NCBI GenBank assembly: GCA_018302685.1 | Contig: JAGVZK010000009.1 | Span: forward strand, 1-34,321 | DNA from: Candidatus Woesearchaeota archaeon | GTDB lineage: Archaea; Nanobdellota; Nanobdellia; SCGC-AAA011-G17; GW2011-AR20 | Direction of reading: 5' to 3' | Length of the DNA: 34,321 bases | Shown here: positions 16,792-24,405 of the stretch, one piece after another | How the letters are laid out: each line of letters opens with the position of its first letter | Numbering within the stretch: the stretch's first letter is position 1 | The notes under the pieces: generated by a model | The model's input: only the letters and a program-made list of their open reading frames with translations | What the model was told of the DNA's origin: nothing | Databases searched by the model: none | Program-made: the position numbers and the translations under genes

Positions 16792-17980
16792 AATCCTGAT
16801 TGTCACTTTTCTTGGAGTTCTTGCAGGGATATTTACGGGCTTGATTCCAGGAGTGCACATAAATATGGTGTCAATCCTGATCCTGAGCTCATCCCCTTTT
16901 CTTCTGAATTATTTTTCACCTTTGAGCCTGGCGTTGTTTATAGTTTCAATGTCAATCACTCATACGTTCCTTGATTCGATCCCAAGCATATTTTTAGGGG
17001 CTCCTGATTCAGGATTGGAATTGAGCGTCCTTCCAGGGCACAGGTTGCTCCTTGATGGGAGAGGATACGAGGCAGTGTTTCTAACAATTGTAGGGAGCTT
17101 TTTTGCCGTTGTGATTGCGCTGTTCTTTGTTCCAACATTGATACCTATGCTTGAGCATGGATATCCCCTGATTGAGGATTATGTTGCATATATCCTTATT
17201 GCGGCTTCAGTAATCCTGATATGGAGAGAGTCCAAATCAAGAAGCAAATCCCTTATGGTTTACCTTTTGGCGGGCTTGCTTGGTTTGGGAGTTTTAAACC
17301 TGCCATTAGAGCAGCCTTTATTTCCATTATTAAGCGGATTGTTCGGGACTTCAATCTTGATTGTCAGTCTTATGGCGAAAACAAAAATTCCTGAGCAGAG
17401 AATAACTTATCCAAAGCTGGAGATCAAAGAAACTTTGACTTATCTTGGGCTTGGATTCATCGCTTCTCTATTGACTGGCACGCTTCCAGGACTTGGAGCC
17501 AGCGAGGCTGCAATAATGTCGAGCTCCATCAAAAAGAAAAACAAACCAGAGGGTTTTCTTATCCTGCTGGGATCAATCAATACCTTTGTCATGGTAGTGT
17601 CGTTCATAAGTCTATATGCGATTGATAAAGCCAGGAATGGCGCCGTGCTGGTCATATCCAAAATTCTTTTGGAATTTAATTTCAGCTATCTGTTCTTATT
17701 CTTGTTTGCCAGCCTGTTTGTTGCAGGCGTTGCAAGCTTTTTGGCATTGAAGATTTCAAAGATATTCAGCAAGGTAATGTCAAGGGTCAATTATGCCAAA
17801 GTCTGCATGAGTGTTATCAGCCTAATTGTCATACTTGTTTTTCTCCTTACAGGTCCTCTGGGATTATTTGTCCTGATAGTCAGCACGCTTTTGGGAATTA
17901 CAACTGGGTTGATGGGGATTGGAAAGAATCATCTTATGGGATGTCTGCTTCTCCCAGTTATTCTGTTCTTTTTACTCTGA
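16769..17980 (+). CDS. polytopic membrane protein; DUF112/TctA-like permease candidate
   Basis: The 403-aa protein has about 10 or more hydrophobic segments. GLIPGVHINMVS near the N-terminus and LPGLGASEAAI mid-protein resemble the duplicated PG-containing motifs of DUF112. The TTG start is uncertain. Confidence 0.45.
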   Translation: MPKKLFYEILIVTFLGVLAGIFTGLIPGVHINMVSILILSSSPFLLNYFSPLSLALFIVSMSITHTFLDSIPSIFLGAPDSGLELSVLPGHRLLLDGRGYEAVFLTIVGSFFAVVIALFFVPTLIPMLEHGYPLIEDYVAYILIAASVILIWRESKSRSKSLMVYLLAGLLGLGVLNLPLEQPLFPLLSGLFGTSILIVSLMAKTKIPEQRITYPKLEIKETLTYLGLGFIASLLTGTLPGLGASEAAIMSSSIKKKNKPEGFLILLGSINTFVMVVSFISLYAIDKARNGAVLVISKILLEFNFSYLFLFLFASLFVAGVASFLALKISKIFSKVMSRVNYAKVCMSVISLIVILVFLLTGPLGLFVLIVSTLLGITTGLMGIGKNHLMGCLLLPVILFFLL

Positions 17981-18069
17981 GTGTTTAGAAATTAATTTTA
18001 TCCCCATACTTTATTTTTTCCTTACCACTATAAGTTAATCTTAAATATTGTCTCTTCATATATCATAAC

Positions 18070-18276
18070 ATGAATGCCTTTTTGATATTTACTGCGTTGT
18101 TCTGCATCGGGGTTTTGTACATTGGGGAGGGGATGTCCGGATATGCGGTCACTTATTTGAATCCATCTGAGACTCAATCAATTTTTTACGTTGTCTATAT
18201 TTTAATAGGCATAGTTCTTGTTTTAATGGCTATTATTTACAGGAACATGATAAATTCCATTAAGAAGGTTTTTTAA
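18070..18276 (+). CDS. small two-TM hypothetical protein
   Basis: The 68-aa protein has two clear hydrophobic helices and ends 22 nt before ftsY. Confidence 0.45.
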   Translation: MNAFLIFTALFCIGVLYIGEGMSGYAVTYLNPSETQSIFYVVYILIGIVLVLMAIIYRNMINSIKKVF

Positions 18277-18298
18277 ATTACGATTTCTATTTGTTCCT

Positions 18299-19453
18299 AT
18301 GTTCAATTTATTCCGAAAAAAGCTGAAAGATGTTGTGGAGAAATTCAGCAAAAAGGCGGAGGAAGAAGCCGAGGAGGTTGTAAGCGAGGCTGAAGAAAAG
18401 AAGGATAAGCCGAAAAAGAGGTTTTCTATTTTCAGGAAAAAACCAAAGGAAGAAATAAAAGAAGAGCCCGCTGAAGAGGAAGGGGGGGCTCCAGAAGAGG
18501 CAGTTGAGGAAGAGATTAAAGAAGAGTCTAAAGAATCTTTTGAAAAAAAGCATGAAGAAGAATCATCAATTGAAAGGGAGAAGCCAAAGAAATCATTTTT
18601 TGAAAAGATAAAAGGCATAACTAGAGTCAAAATCTCCGAGGAAAAGTTTGAGAAATTATTTGAAGATCTGGAAACTGTTCTTCTGGAAAATAATGTTGCC
18701 TTTGATGTCATAGATAAGATCAAGGAGGACCTTAAGGTTGACCTTGTCAATGTCCCCATCCAGAATGTCAGGAAGGCTGTCAGAGGCTCTTTGATCAATT
18801 CTCTTGATGGAATCCTGAGCTTTACAGAGATAGATCTTGTCAAGCGGGCCAAACAAAAGAAGCCGTATATAATTCTTTTTGTAGGCGTCAATGGAGCAGG
18901 AAAGACCACTACAATGGCAAAACTGGCTGACTTATTTCTGAAGAATAATCTGAGGTGCGTGTTTGCAGCTGCCGACACTTTCAGGGCTGCCTCAATCCAG
19001 CAGCTGGAAGAGCATGGAAAAAAGCTTGGAGTTCATGTAATAAGACATGATTACGGCGCTGATCCTGCTGCTGTTGCCTATGACGGGATAAAACATGCAG
19101 AGGCAAAGGGATTGGACGTTGTCCTGATTGACACTGCAGGAAGGCAACACAACAATGAAAACTTGATGCAGGAGCTTGAAAAGGTAAACAGGATTGCAAA
19201 GCCAGACTTTAAGATATTTGTCGGAGAGAGCATTGCAGGTAATGATCTGGTTGAGCAGGTTAACAGATTCAATGAAATTGTCAGAATCGATGGCATTATC
19301 CTGAGCAAGTTTGATGTTGATGACAAGGGAGGGGCTGCAATATCTGTCAGCTATGCCACCACAAAGCCTATACTTTATTTTGGAGTCGGGCAGAGATATG
19401 ATGATTTGGAAAAATTCGATAAAAATAAGATAATTAGCTCCTTGAATATATAA
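18299..19453 (+). CDS. ftsY: signal recognition particle receptor FtsY
   Basis: An acidic, Lys/Glu-rich N-terminal domain precedes the NG domain motifs FVGVNGAGKTTT, DTAGR and SKFDVDDKGG. Confidence 0.92.
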   Translation: MFNLFRKKLKDVVEKFSKKAEEEAEEVVSEAEEKKDKPKKRFSIFRKKPKEEIKEEPAEEEGGAPEEAVEEEIKEESKESFEKKHEEESSIEREKPKKSFFEKIKGITRVKISEEKFEKLFEDLETVLLENNVAFDVIDKIKEDLKVDLVNVPIQNVRKAVRGSLINSLDGILSFTEIDLVKRAKQKKPYIILFVGVNGAGKTTTMAKLADLFLKNNLRCVFAAADTFRAASIQQLEEHGKKLGVHVIRHDYGADPAAVAYDGIKHAEAKGLDVVLIDTAGRQHNNENLMQELEKVNRIAKPDFKIFVGESIAGNDLVEQVNRFNEIVRIDGIILSKFDVDDKGGAAISVSYATTKPILYFGVGQRYDDLEKFDKNKIISSLNI

Positions 19454-19628
19454 TACAATATAATATATCTTCTTAGATAATGATATTTAATTACCAATAT
19501 CTTTATATTAAAGAACGTCATCTCTATGCCACAAAATTTTTGGGGGTGGAAACATTAGAATAAAGAAAGCATACGGAATTTTTTTTGTTTTAATTATTTT
19601 AGCAGCGATTGGTGTTTCTGCTTGGTGG

Positions 19629-20330
19629 TTGGTTGGAAGCCAAGAAGTTTTAACATGTACTGATACAGATGGTTTAAATTTTACAAGTTTAGGGCATATT
19701 TATGGTGTTGACCTTAATAATACTAATTATACAAAATATGACTACTGTAATGCCAATAACTCCACTGTATTAGAATATGGGTGTTATGAAGGCAATGTTA
19801 CATATGCAGCTCTTGTTGCACAAAATTGTGGCGACTTTGGCATGGGATGTATTAATGGCGCCTGTGTAAATCAAACACAGAACCAGACTAATGATTGTAC
19901 AGATACTGATGGGGGAATAGAGTACTTTGATGAGGGAACATTAAATGCTTTGGGTAATGATTATACTGATTTTTGCTTTGTTGCAGGAGACGATGAGTAT
20001 ATTTTGGAGTATTATTGTAGCGATCAACCCCAAATAATTTATGGAACCACTCGGTGGCTATGTCCTAATGGTTGTGAAAACGGACAATGTTTGCCTCCTA
20101 CTGAATGTACAGACTCTGATGGAGGAGATAACGTCTATGTTGCAGGAGTTACTGTTGGAAACAATGATGGTTATGGAGTGTATAGAGAAGATTTTTGTCT
20201 TGATGAGGACACTGTTTTTGAATACTTTTGTTGGGGGATTGATGTTGTGCAAGGTTCAAGAAATTGCGAATCTCAATGTGTTGATGGAGCTTGTTTGATG
20301 GTCCAAAATCAGACTGGGTTTGCACCTTAA
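19629..20330 (+). CDS. secreted Cys-rich protein with three CTD(T/S)DG modules
   Basis: Three repeats of 70-80 aa begin at 19656, 19896 and 20106, each with 6 Cys. There are many N-x-S/T sequons. The coordinates use the first canonical start (TTG 19629). The same frame is open from 19512 and encodes a signal-peptide-like IRIKKAYGIFFVLIILAAIGVSAWW upstream. Confidence 0.8.
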   Translation: MVGSQEVLTCTDTDGLNFTSLGHIYGVDLNNTNYTKYDYCNANNSTVLEYGCYEGNVTYAALVAQNCGDFGMGCINGACVNQTQNQTNDCTDTDGGIEYFDEGTLNALGNDYTDFCFVAGDDEYILEYYCSDQPQIIYGTTRWLCPNGCENGQCLPPTECTDSDGGDNVYVAGVTVGNNDGYGVYREDFCLDEDTVFEYFCWGIDVVQGSRNCESQCVDGACLMVQNQTGFAP

Positions 20331-20400
20331 TTTTTTCTTTTTTAGAAAAGTTTAATAAAGAAGAAATAATTGATGGTTAAATATTAACTGAGGTGATAAA

Positions 20401-20643
20401 ATGGCTTTTAACTGGGTGACTTTTATGAGTGTATATTCAGTGTGGTTTTGGCTGATTCTAGCATGGAGCGGAATATGGCAGGGGATTTCACTATGGAGAT
20501 CTGCAAGGAACAGGCATCTCACATGGTTTGTGATACTGTTCATTACAAGCACTCTCGGGATTCTTCCCATAATTTATCTGTTAATCCACGGAAGAAAGAA
20601 TAAAGCGGTTCCAAAGAAAAAAACTTCCCGAAAGAAGAAGTGA
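20401..20643 (+). CDS. small membrane protein, DUF5652-like
   Basis: GISLWRSARNRHLTWFVILFITSTLGILPIIYLL matches my recollection of the DUF5652 pattern (LWkAar...WFi...nTlGILeiiYL). A GAGGTGA SD lies at 20391-20397, and the C-terminal tail is basic. Confidence 0.6.
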   Translation: MAFNWVTFMSVYSVWFWLILAWSGIWQGISLWRSARNRHLTWFVILFITSTLGILPIIYLLIHGRKNKAVPKKKTSRKKK

Positions 20644-20656
20644 TTTTTTTATTCTC

Positions 20657-21035
20657 ATGGAAGATAACTTTGAGAAGAATCTTAGGAAGAGGCCTTCTGA
20701 AAAAGAGTTTGATGTTTTGAGGAGGAAGGGACTGAACAGGCTTTTTCCGGAAGATATGTTGATGATAAAACTCCTAAAAGATACTTCTACAGGGCCTGCG
20801 GCAATCTGCTCTTCAGCTCAGATAAGAAATTTGAATCTGGAACAGGATGACCGAGCTTCCGGGGTGTTGCTTCAAATGGTAATGTAACCCTCAAAGAAGA
20901 TTTAAGCCACGGAATGAAAAGGATAGAAGTTTCATGCAGAAAGTGCGGAAGCCATCTTAGGCATGTTTTTGATGATGGTCCAAAGCCCACAGGAAAAAGA
21001 TACCCATTAATTCTCTGACTTTGGTTGAGAAGTAA
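20657..21035 (+). pseudogene. msrB: methionine-R-sulfoxide reductase B, decayed (two frameshifts plus an in-frame TGA)
   Basis: MsrB motifs are spread over three frames. SEKEFDVLRRKG is in frame a. TEQAFSGRY...RACGNLLFSSDKKFESGTG[TGA]PSF...VSCRKCGSHLRHVFDDGPKPTGKRY is in frame b. INSLTLVEK-stop is in frame c. The TGA at 20848-20850 replaces the Trp of GWPSF, and only 2 nt (cc, 21004-05) remain where the catalytic Cys codon of RYCINS should be. Confidence 0.8.
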
Positions 21036-21066
21036 CTTTTATAAGATTTGATTTCAGATAATATCT

Positions 21067-22404
21067 ATGGTTTTGGACAGGCTTGGTGAATCTCTGAGGG
21101 GAACTTTAAACAAGATAGCAAGAGCTGTTTTTGTTGATGATAAACTACTTAATGAATTAATCAAAGGCATACAAAGATCATTATTGCAGGCTGATGTCAA
21201 TGTAAAGCTCGTTTCTGAACTTACAAAAAAGATAAAAGAAAAGGCTCTTGAAGACAAGGGAAAACTGGACAAGAGGGAGCATCTTGTAAGCATTGTCTAT
21301 GAGGAGCTGGTAAATCTTCTTGGCGATGAGAAATCCGAAATTGAAATCTCAAAGGCAAAACCGTTCAAGATTATGATGCTTGGAGTCTATGGTTCAGGAA
21401 AGACGACTAGTATTTCAAAATTATCCCATTATTACAAGCAGAGAGGATATAAGGTTGGAGTCGTCGGCCTGGATGTTCACAGGCCTGCTGCAATAGACCA
21501 GATAGAGCAGCTGTGCAAAAAAATAGGCGTTGACTGCTACACAAAAAAGGATGAAAAGAATCCTGTCAAAATCTATGAAAACTTCAAGGACAAATACTCC
21601 CGCTATGATATCTTATTCATTGACACTGCAGGAAGAGACGCTCTTGACACTGAACTTATCAAGGAAATCAAAGAGCTAAACAAGAAAATAGATCCTGATG
21701 AGAAGCTGCTTGTAATTTCTGCTGATATAGGCCAGGCTTCACAAAAATTAGCGCAGGGATTCAAGGACAATGCAGGGGTTACTGGCGTCGTCATTTCAAA
21801 ACTTGACGGAACTGCCAAAGCTGGGGGAGCCTTGACGGGAACTTCAGTCACAGGGGCCAAGGTTAAGTTCGTTGGCGTCGGAGAAAAAATAGATGATTTA
21901 GAGGCTTTCAATCCGAAGGGATTTGTTTCAAGATTGCTGGGAATGGGTGACCTGGAAGCCCTGCTTGAAAAAGCAAAGGAGGCGATTACTGAAGAGGATG
22001 CAGAGTCAATGAAGGACAGGATCAGCTCGGGCGAGTTTAACCTTGAGGATCTTTATGAGCAGATGAAAGCCATGAAGAAAATGGGCCCGCTGACAAAAGT
22101 CATGGACATGATACCTGGGCTTGGAGGCGTTAAACTGCCGAAAGATGTCTTAAAGAATCAAGAAGGGAAGATGGAAAAGTGGAAGATTGCCATGGACTCA
22201 ATGACGAGGGATGAGAAGACAAATCCCGACGTGATTGACATAAAAAGGCTGGAAAGGATTTCAAAAGGGTCAGGAATTCCAGTTTCAGAGATCAGAGAAT
22301 TGCTGAAGCAGTACAAACAGAGCAAGAAACTTTTCAGGATGATGAAAGGAAAAGATCCTGAAAAAATGCTGAAGAAAAAAGGATTTAACTTTAAGCTAAA
22401 ATGA
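21067..22404 (+). CDS. srp54: signal recognition particle protein SRP54
   Basis: The N domain begins MVLDRLGESLRGTLNKI. G-domain motifs are GVYGSGKTT, DTAGR and SKLDGTAKAGGAL. The Met-rich M domain includes LGMGDLEALLEK and MKAMKKMGPL. Confidence 0.93.
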   Translation: MVLDRLGESLRGTLNKIARAVFVDDKLLNELIKGIQRSLLQADVNVKLVSELTKKIKEKALEDKGKLDKREHLVSIVYEELVNLLGDEKSEIEISKAKPFKIMMLGVYGSGKTTSISKLSHYYKQRGYKVGVVGLDVHRPAAIDQIEQLCKKIGVDCYTKKDEKNPVKIYENFKDKYSRYDILFIDTAGRDALDTELIKEIKELNKKIDPDEKLLVISADIGQASQKLAQGFKDNAGVTGVVISKLDGTAKAGGALTGTSVTGAKVKFVGVGEKIDDLEAFNPKGFVSRLLGMGDLEALLEKAKEAITEEDAESMKDRISSGEFNLEDLYEQMKAMKKMGPLTKVMDMIPGLGGVKLPKDVLKNQEGKMEKWKIAMDSMTRDEKTNPDVIDIKRLERISKGSGIPVSEIRELLKQYKQSKKLFRMMKGKDPEKMLKKKGFNFKLK

Positions 22405-22462
22405 TAAGAAAGGCCAGGATAAAAGGATGGGATAACCAGATAGTCCTTGAGAAAATTTTAAA

Positions 22463-22669
22463 ATGAAATTAAACAAATTTGAAGAGGAAATTTTTGAAAA
22501 CATAAAAGATGGAGTCTCAGACACATGCCAATTAAAGGCATTTACGCAGTTCAGTGCAGAGGAAATAAAAGAAATCCTGATTAAGCTTGAACGCCTGGAC
22601 TTGATTGCCCTTGAGAGGAAATTTGACAGATATTACAATGAGGATTATTGGGAAGCCAGAATAAAATGA
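22463..22669 (+). CDS. small hypothetical protein, possible winged-helix
   Basis: The 68-aa ORF's stop overlaps the bud32 ATG as ATGA. The LKAFTQFSAEEIKEILIKLERLDLI segment is wHTH-like. The functional assignment is weak. Confidence 0.45.
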   Translation: MKLNKFEEEIFENIKDGVSDTCQLKAFTQFSAEEIKEILIKLERLDLIALERKFDRYYNEDYWEARIK

Positions 22670-23262
22670 AAATAATAAAACGGGCGGCAGAGGCGGTGAT
22701 ATATCTTGCCGGCGGCAGAGTAATCAAGGAAAGAATTTCCAAGGGCTACAGGATAAAGCATATTGATGGAAAATTAAGAAAATTCAGGACAAGGAGAGAG
22801 GCAAACCTGCTCAACAAAGTGGAAAATTCCCCAAAAGTTTTTTCGGTTGACGACAAAGAAATGAAGATTGAGATGGAATTTATTGACGGCAAATTGATAA
22901 AAGACATTTTGGATGATGCAAAAAACAGGGATGAATTGTTAAAGGAAATAGGGGCTTCAATTGCAAGAATGCATGACAGCAGTATCATTCATGGAGACCT
23001 GACAACATCAAACATGATACTGAATGGCAGAGTTTATTTCATTGATTTCGGGCTTGGATTCATATCGCACAAGATTGAGGACAAGGCAGTTGATCTGCAT
23101 CTCTTGAGGCAGGCCTTGGAAAGCAAGCACTACAACCATTTTGAAAATTCATTTAGAAGCATTCTGGATGGATACAAATTGAGCAGAAATTATGCGGAAG
23201 TTCTGGACAGGCTGAAAAAAGTTGAAAAGAGAGGGAGATACAAGAGAAAAAATGATAAATAA
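22666..23262 (+). CDS. bud32: Bud32/PRPK atypical kinase (KEOPS subunit)
   Basis: Matching segments are IKRAAEAVIY, TRREANLL, IIHGDLTTSNMIL, YFIDFGLG and EDKAVDLHLL, in a protein of about 198 aa. The start is taken at ATG 22666. Confidence 0.88.
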   Translation: MKIIKRAAEAVIYLAGGRVIKERISKGYRIKHIDGKLRKFRTRREANLLNKVENSPKVFSVDDKEMKIEMEFIDGKLIKDILDDAKNRDELLKEIGASIARMHDSSIIHGDLTTSNMILNGRVYFIDFGLGFISHKIEDKAVDLHLLRQALESKHYNHFENSFRSILDGYKLSRNYAEVLDRLKKVEKRGRYKRKNDK

Positions 23263-23487
23263 CTGGCTTATCGCAATCCTGAGCTTCATCAGTTTCTTAG
23301 TGGTTTTGTATTTAATATTCAATCCAAATTCAATCCTCAGGGGAAACAAGTGATTGACATTTTGTTTCAGCTAAATTTGAAGAGGGATTAGAAAAGGGTA
23401 ATTTTTTAAATTTAAATTGCCTCCCTCTATCTGCCTGGTCGTAAAACGATATGATTAATGAGTATCGCGATCCAAACCAGGCTACAC

Positions 23488-23573
23488 AGTCCCGTGGTGT
23501 AGCGGTCTAGCATCATAGCCTTTGGACCCGTGAAGGAAAGCTATGGACCCAGGTCCGAATCCTGGCGGGACTA
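23488..23573 (+). tRNA. tRNA-Gln(TTG) with a 13-nt canonical 37/38 intron (23526-23538)
   Basis: The acceptor stem AGTCCCG/CGGGACT is perfect, with discriminator A and no encoded CCA. The anticodon stem is ATAGC/GCTAT and the loop is CT-TTG-G. The relaxed BHB has a central helix cttt (23520-23)/aagg (23533-36), with bulges gga and aaa. The T-arm is CCAGG-TCCGAAT-CCTGG, so position 55 reads C. Confidence 0.85.
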
Positions 23574-23623
23574 TCAAAATTTTTATATATTTTAAAATCA
23601 TGTCATATTAGGGGTTGATTGGA

Positions 23624-23878
23624 ATGACAGATGAAAAATTAATAGGGGAGATATTTGCTTACTTTGCAAACATAGGAGTTGCTGCAATTAATCTCAGCGA
23701 TTCCCTGAAATTGGGCGACAAGATCCATGTGATAGGGAGCACAACGGATTTTATCCAGAAAGTAAAGAGTATGCAGATAGAGCACAAGCCGATTGATAAG
23801 GTCAAGCCAGGCGATGATGTGGGCCTTAAGGTTGATGATAGAGTGAGGCCAAAGGACAAGATTTATAAAGTGCTGTAA
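23624..23878 (+). CDS. small beta-barrel protein, EF-Tu domain-2-like
   Basis: The pattern GVAAINLSDSLKLGDKIHVIG...VKSMQIEHKPIDKVKPGDDVGLKV...PKDKIY resembles translation-factor domain II. AGGGGT lies upstream of ATG 23624. Confidence 0.5.
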   Translation: MTDEKLIGEIFAYFANIGVAAINLSDSLKLGDKIHVIGSTTDFIQKVKSMQIEHKPIDKVKPGDDVGLKVDDRVRPKDKIYKVL

Positions 23879-23948
23879 AACTTTAGTTTTAGGGTAGGTC
23901 GGTGAAAGCTTACTTATGCCTGGATGTTTTATTCTGGGCCCTATTAGA

Positions 23949-24404
23949 ATGGCAAGATTGTATTCAAGAAAGAAAGGGAAATCGGGCAGCACTAAACCTT
24001 TGAGCAAGGCTAATCCTTCATGGCTTAGGTATGATGAGAAAGAAGTTGAGCAGCTGGTTTTGAAGCTTTCCAAGCAGGGATTCACGAAGAGCCAGATTGG
24101 GCTCATGTTAAGGGATACTTATGGGATTCCAAGCGTCAGCAACATTCTAAAGAAGAAAATCGGGAAAGTCCTTGAGGAGAACAAGGTTGTCCATGCTCTT
24201 CCGGAAGACATGCTGGCCCTGATCAGGAAGGAAATAAGCCTGATGAAGCATTTTGAGAGCAATAAAAAAGATATGAGTGCAAAGAGAGGATTGAGGCTGA
24301 CAGAGAGCAAGATCAACAGACTTGTCAAGTATTACAAGAAAAAAGGAACCCTCGACAAGGCTTGGAAGTATGACAGGGATAAAGCCAAACTATTAATTTC
24401 TTAG
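23949..24404 (+). CDS. rps15: 30S ribosomal protein S15 (uS15, archaeal S15P/S13e)
   Basis: Matching segments are MARLYSRKKGKSGSTKP, PSWL, QIGLMLRDTYGIP, LPEDMLALIRK and KDMSAKRGLRLTESKINRLVKYY. The start is taken at ATG 23949. Confidence 0.92.
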   Translation: MARLYSRKKGKSGSTKPLSKANPSWLRYDEKEVEQLVLKLSKQGFTKSQIGLMLRDTYGIPSVSNILKKKIGKVLEENKVVHALPEDMLALIRKEISLMKHFESNKKDMSAKRGLRLTESKINRLVKYYKKKGTLDKAWKYDRDKAKLLIS

Positions 24405-24405
24405 G

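Noticed and set aside
18223-18978. A 251-aa minus-strand ORF lies opposite ftsY.
   Set aside because: It is the antisense shadow of the Lys/Glu-rich FtsY N-domain. Its translation is low-complexity S/F/L-rich with no motifs, while the plus strand carries unmistakable FtsY motifs.
20041-20298. An alternative-frame 85-aa ORF and a minus-strand 64-aa ORF lie inside the Cys-rich protein gene.
   Set aside because: The annotated frame carries a threefold repeat with conserved Cys spacing. The alternatives have no such structure.
20848-20850. An in-frame TGA inside msrB could indicate selenocysteine or TGA-to-Trp/Gly recoding.
   Set aside because: TGA clearly terminates other well-supported genes here (16789-16791, 22402-22404, 7943-7945, 22667-22669). 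The TGA sits at the GWPSF Trp, not at the catalytic Cys/Sec position. The gene also carries two independent frameshifts, so pseudogenisation is the simpler reading.
23252-23353. A 33-aa hydrophobic ORF (MINNWLIAILSFISFLVVLYLIFNPNSILRGNK) overlaps the bud32 3' end.
   Set aside because: It could be a real mini-membrane protein, but a single AT-rich hydrophobic stretch with no coupling signal or motif is not enough to support a call.
23436-23482. An inverted repeat gcctggt ... accaggc lies upstream of tRNA-Gln, possibly an sRNA or leader hairpin.
   Set aside because: It is only a 7-bp stem with a loop of about 30 nt. I found no C/D or H/ACA box pattern, so it cannot be distinguished from chance.
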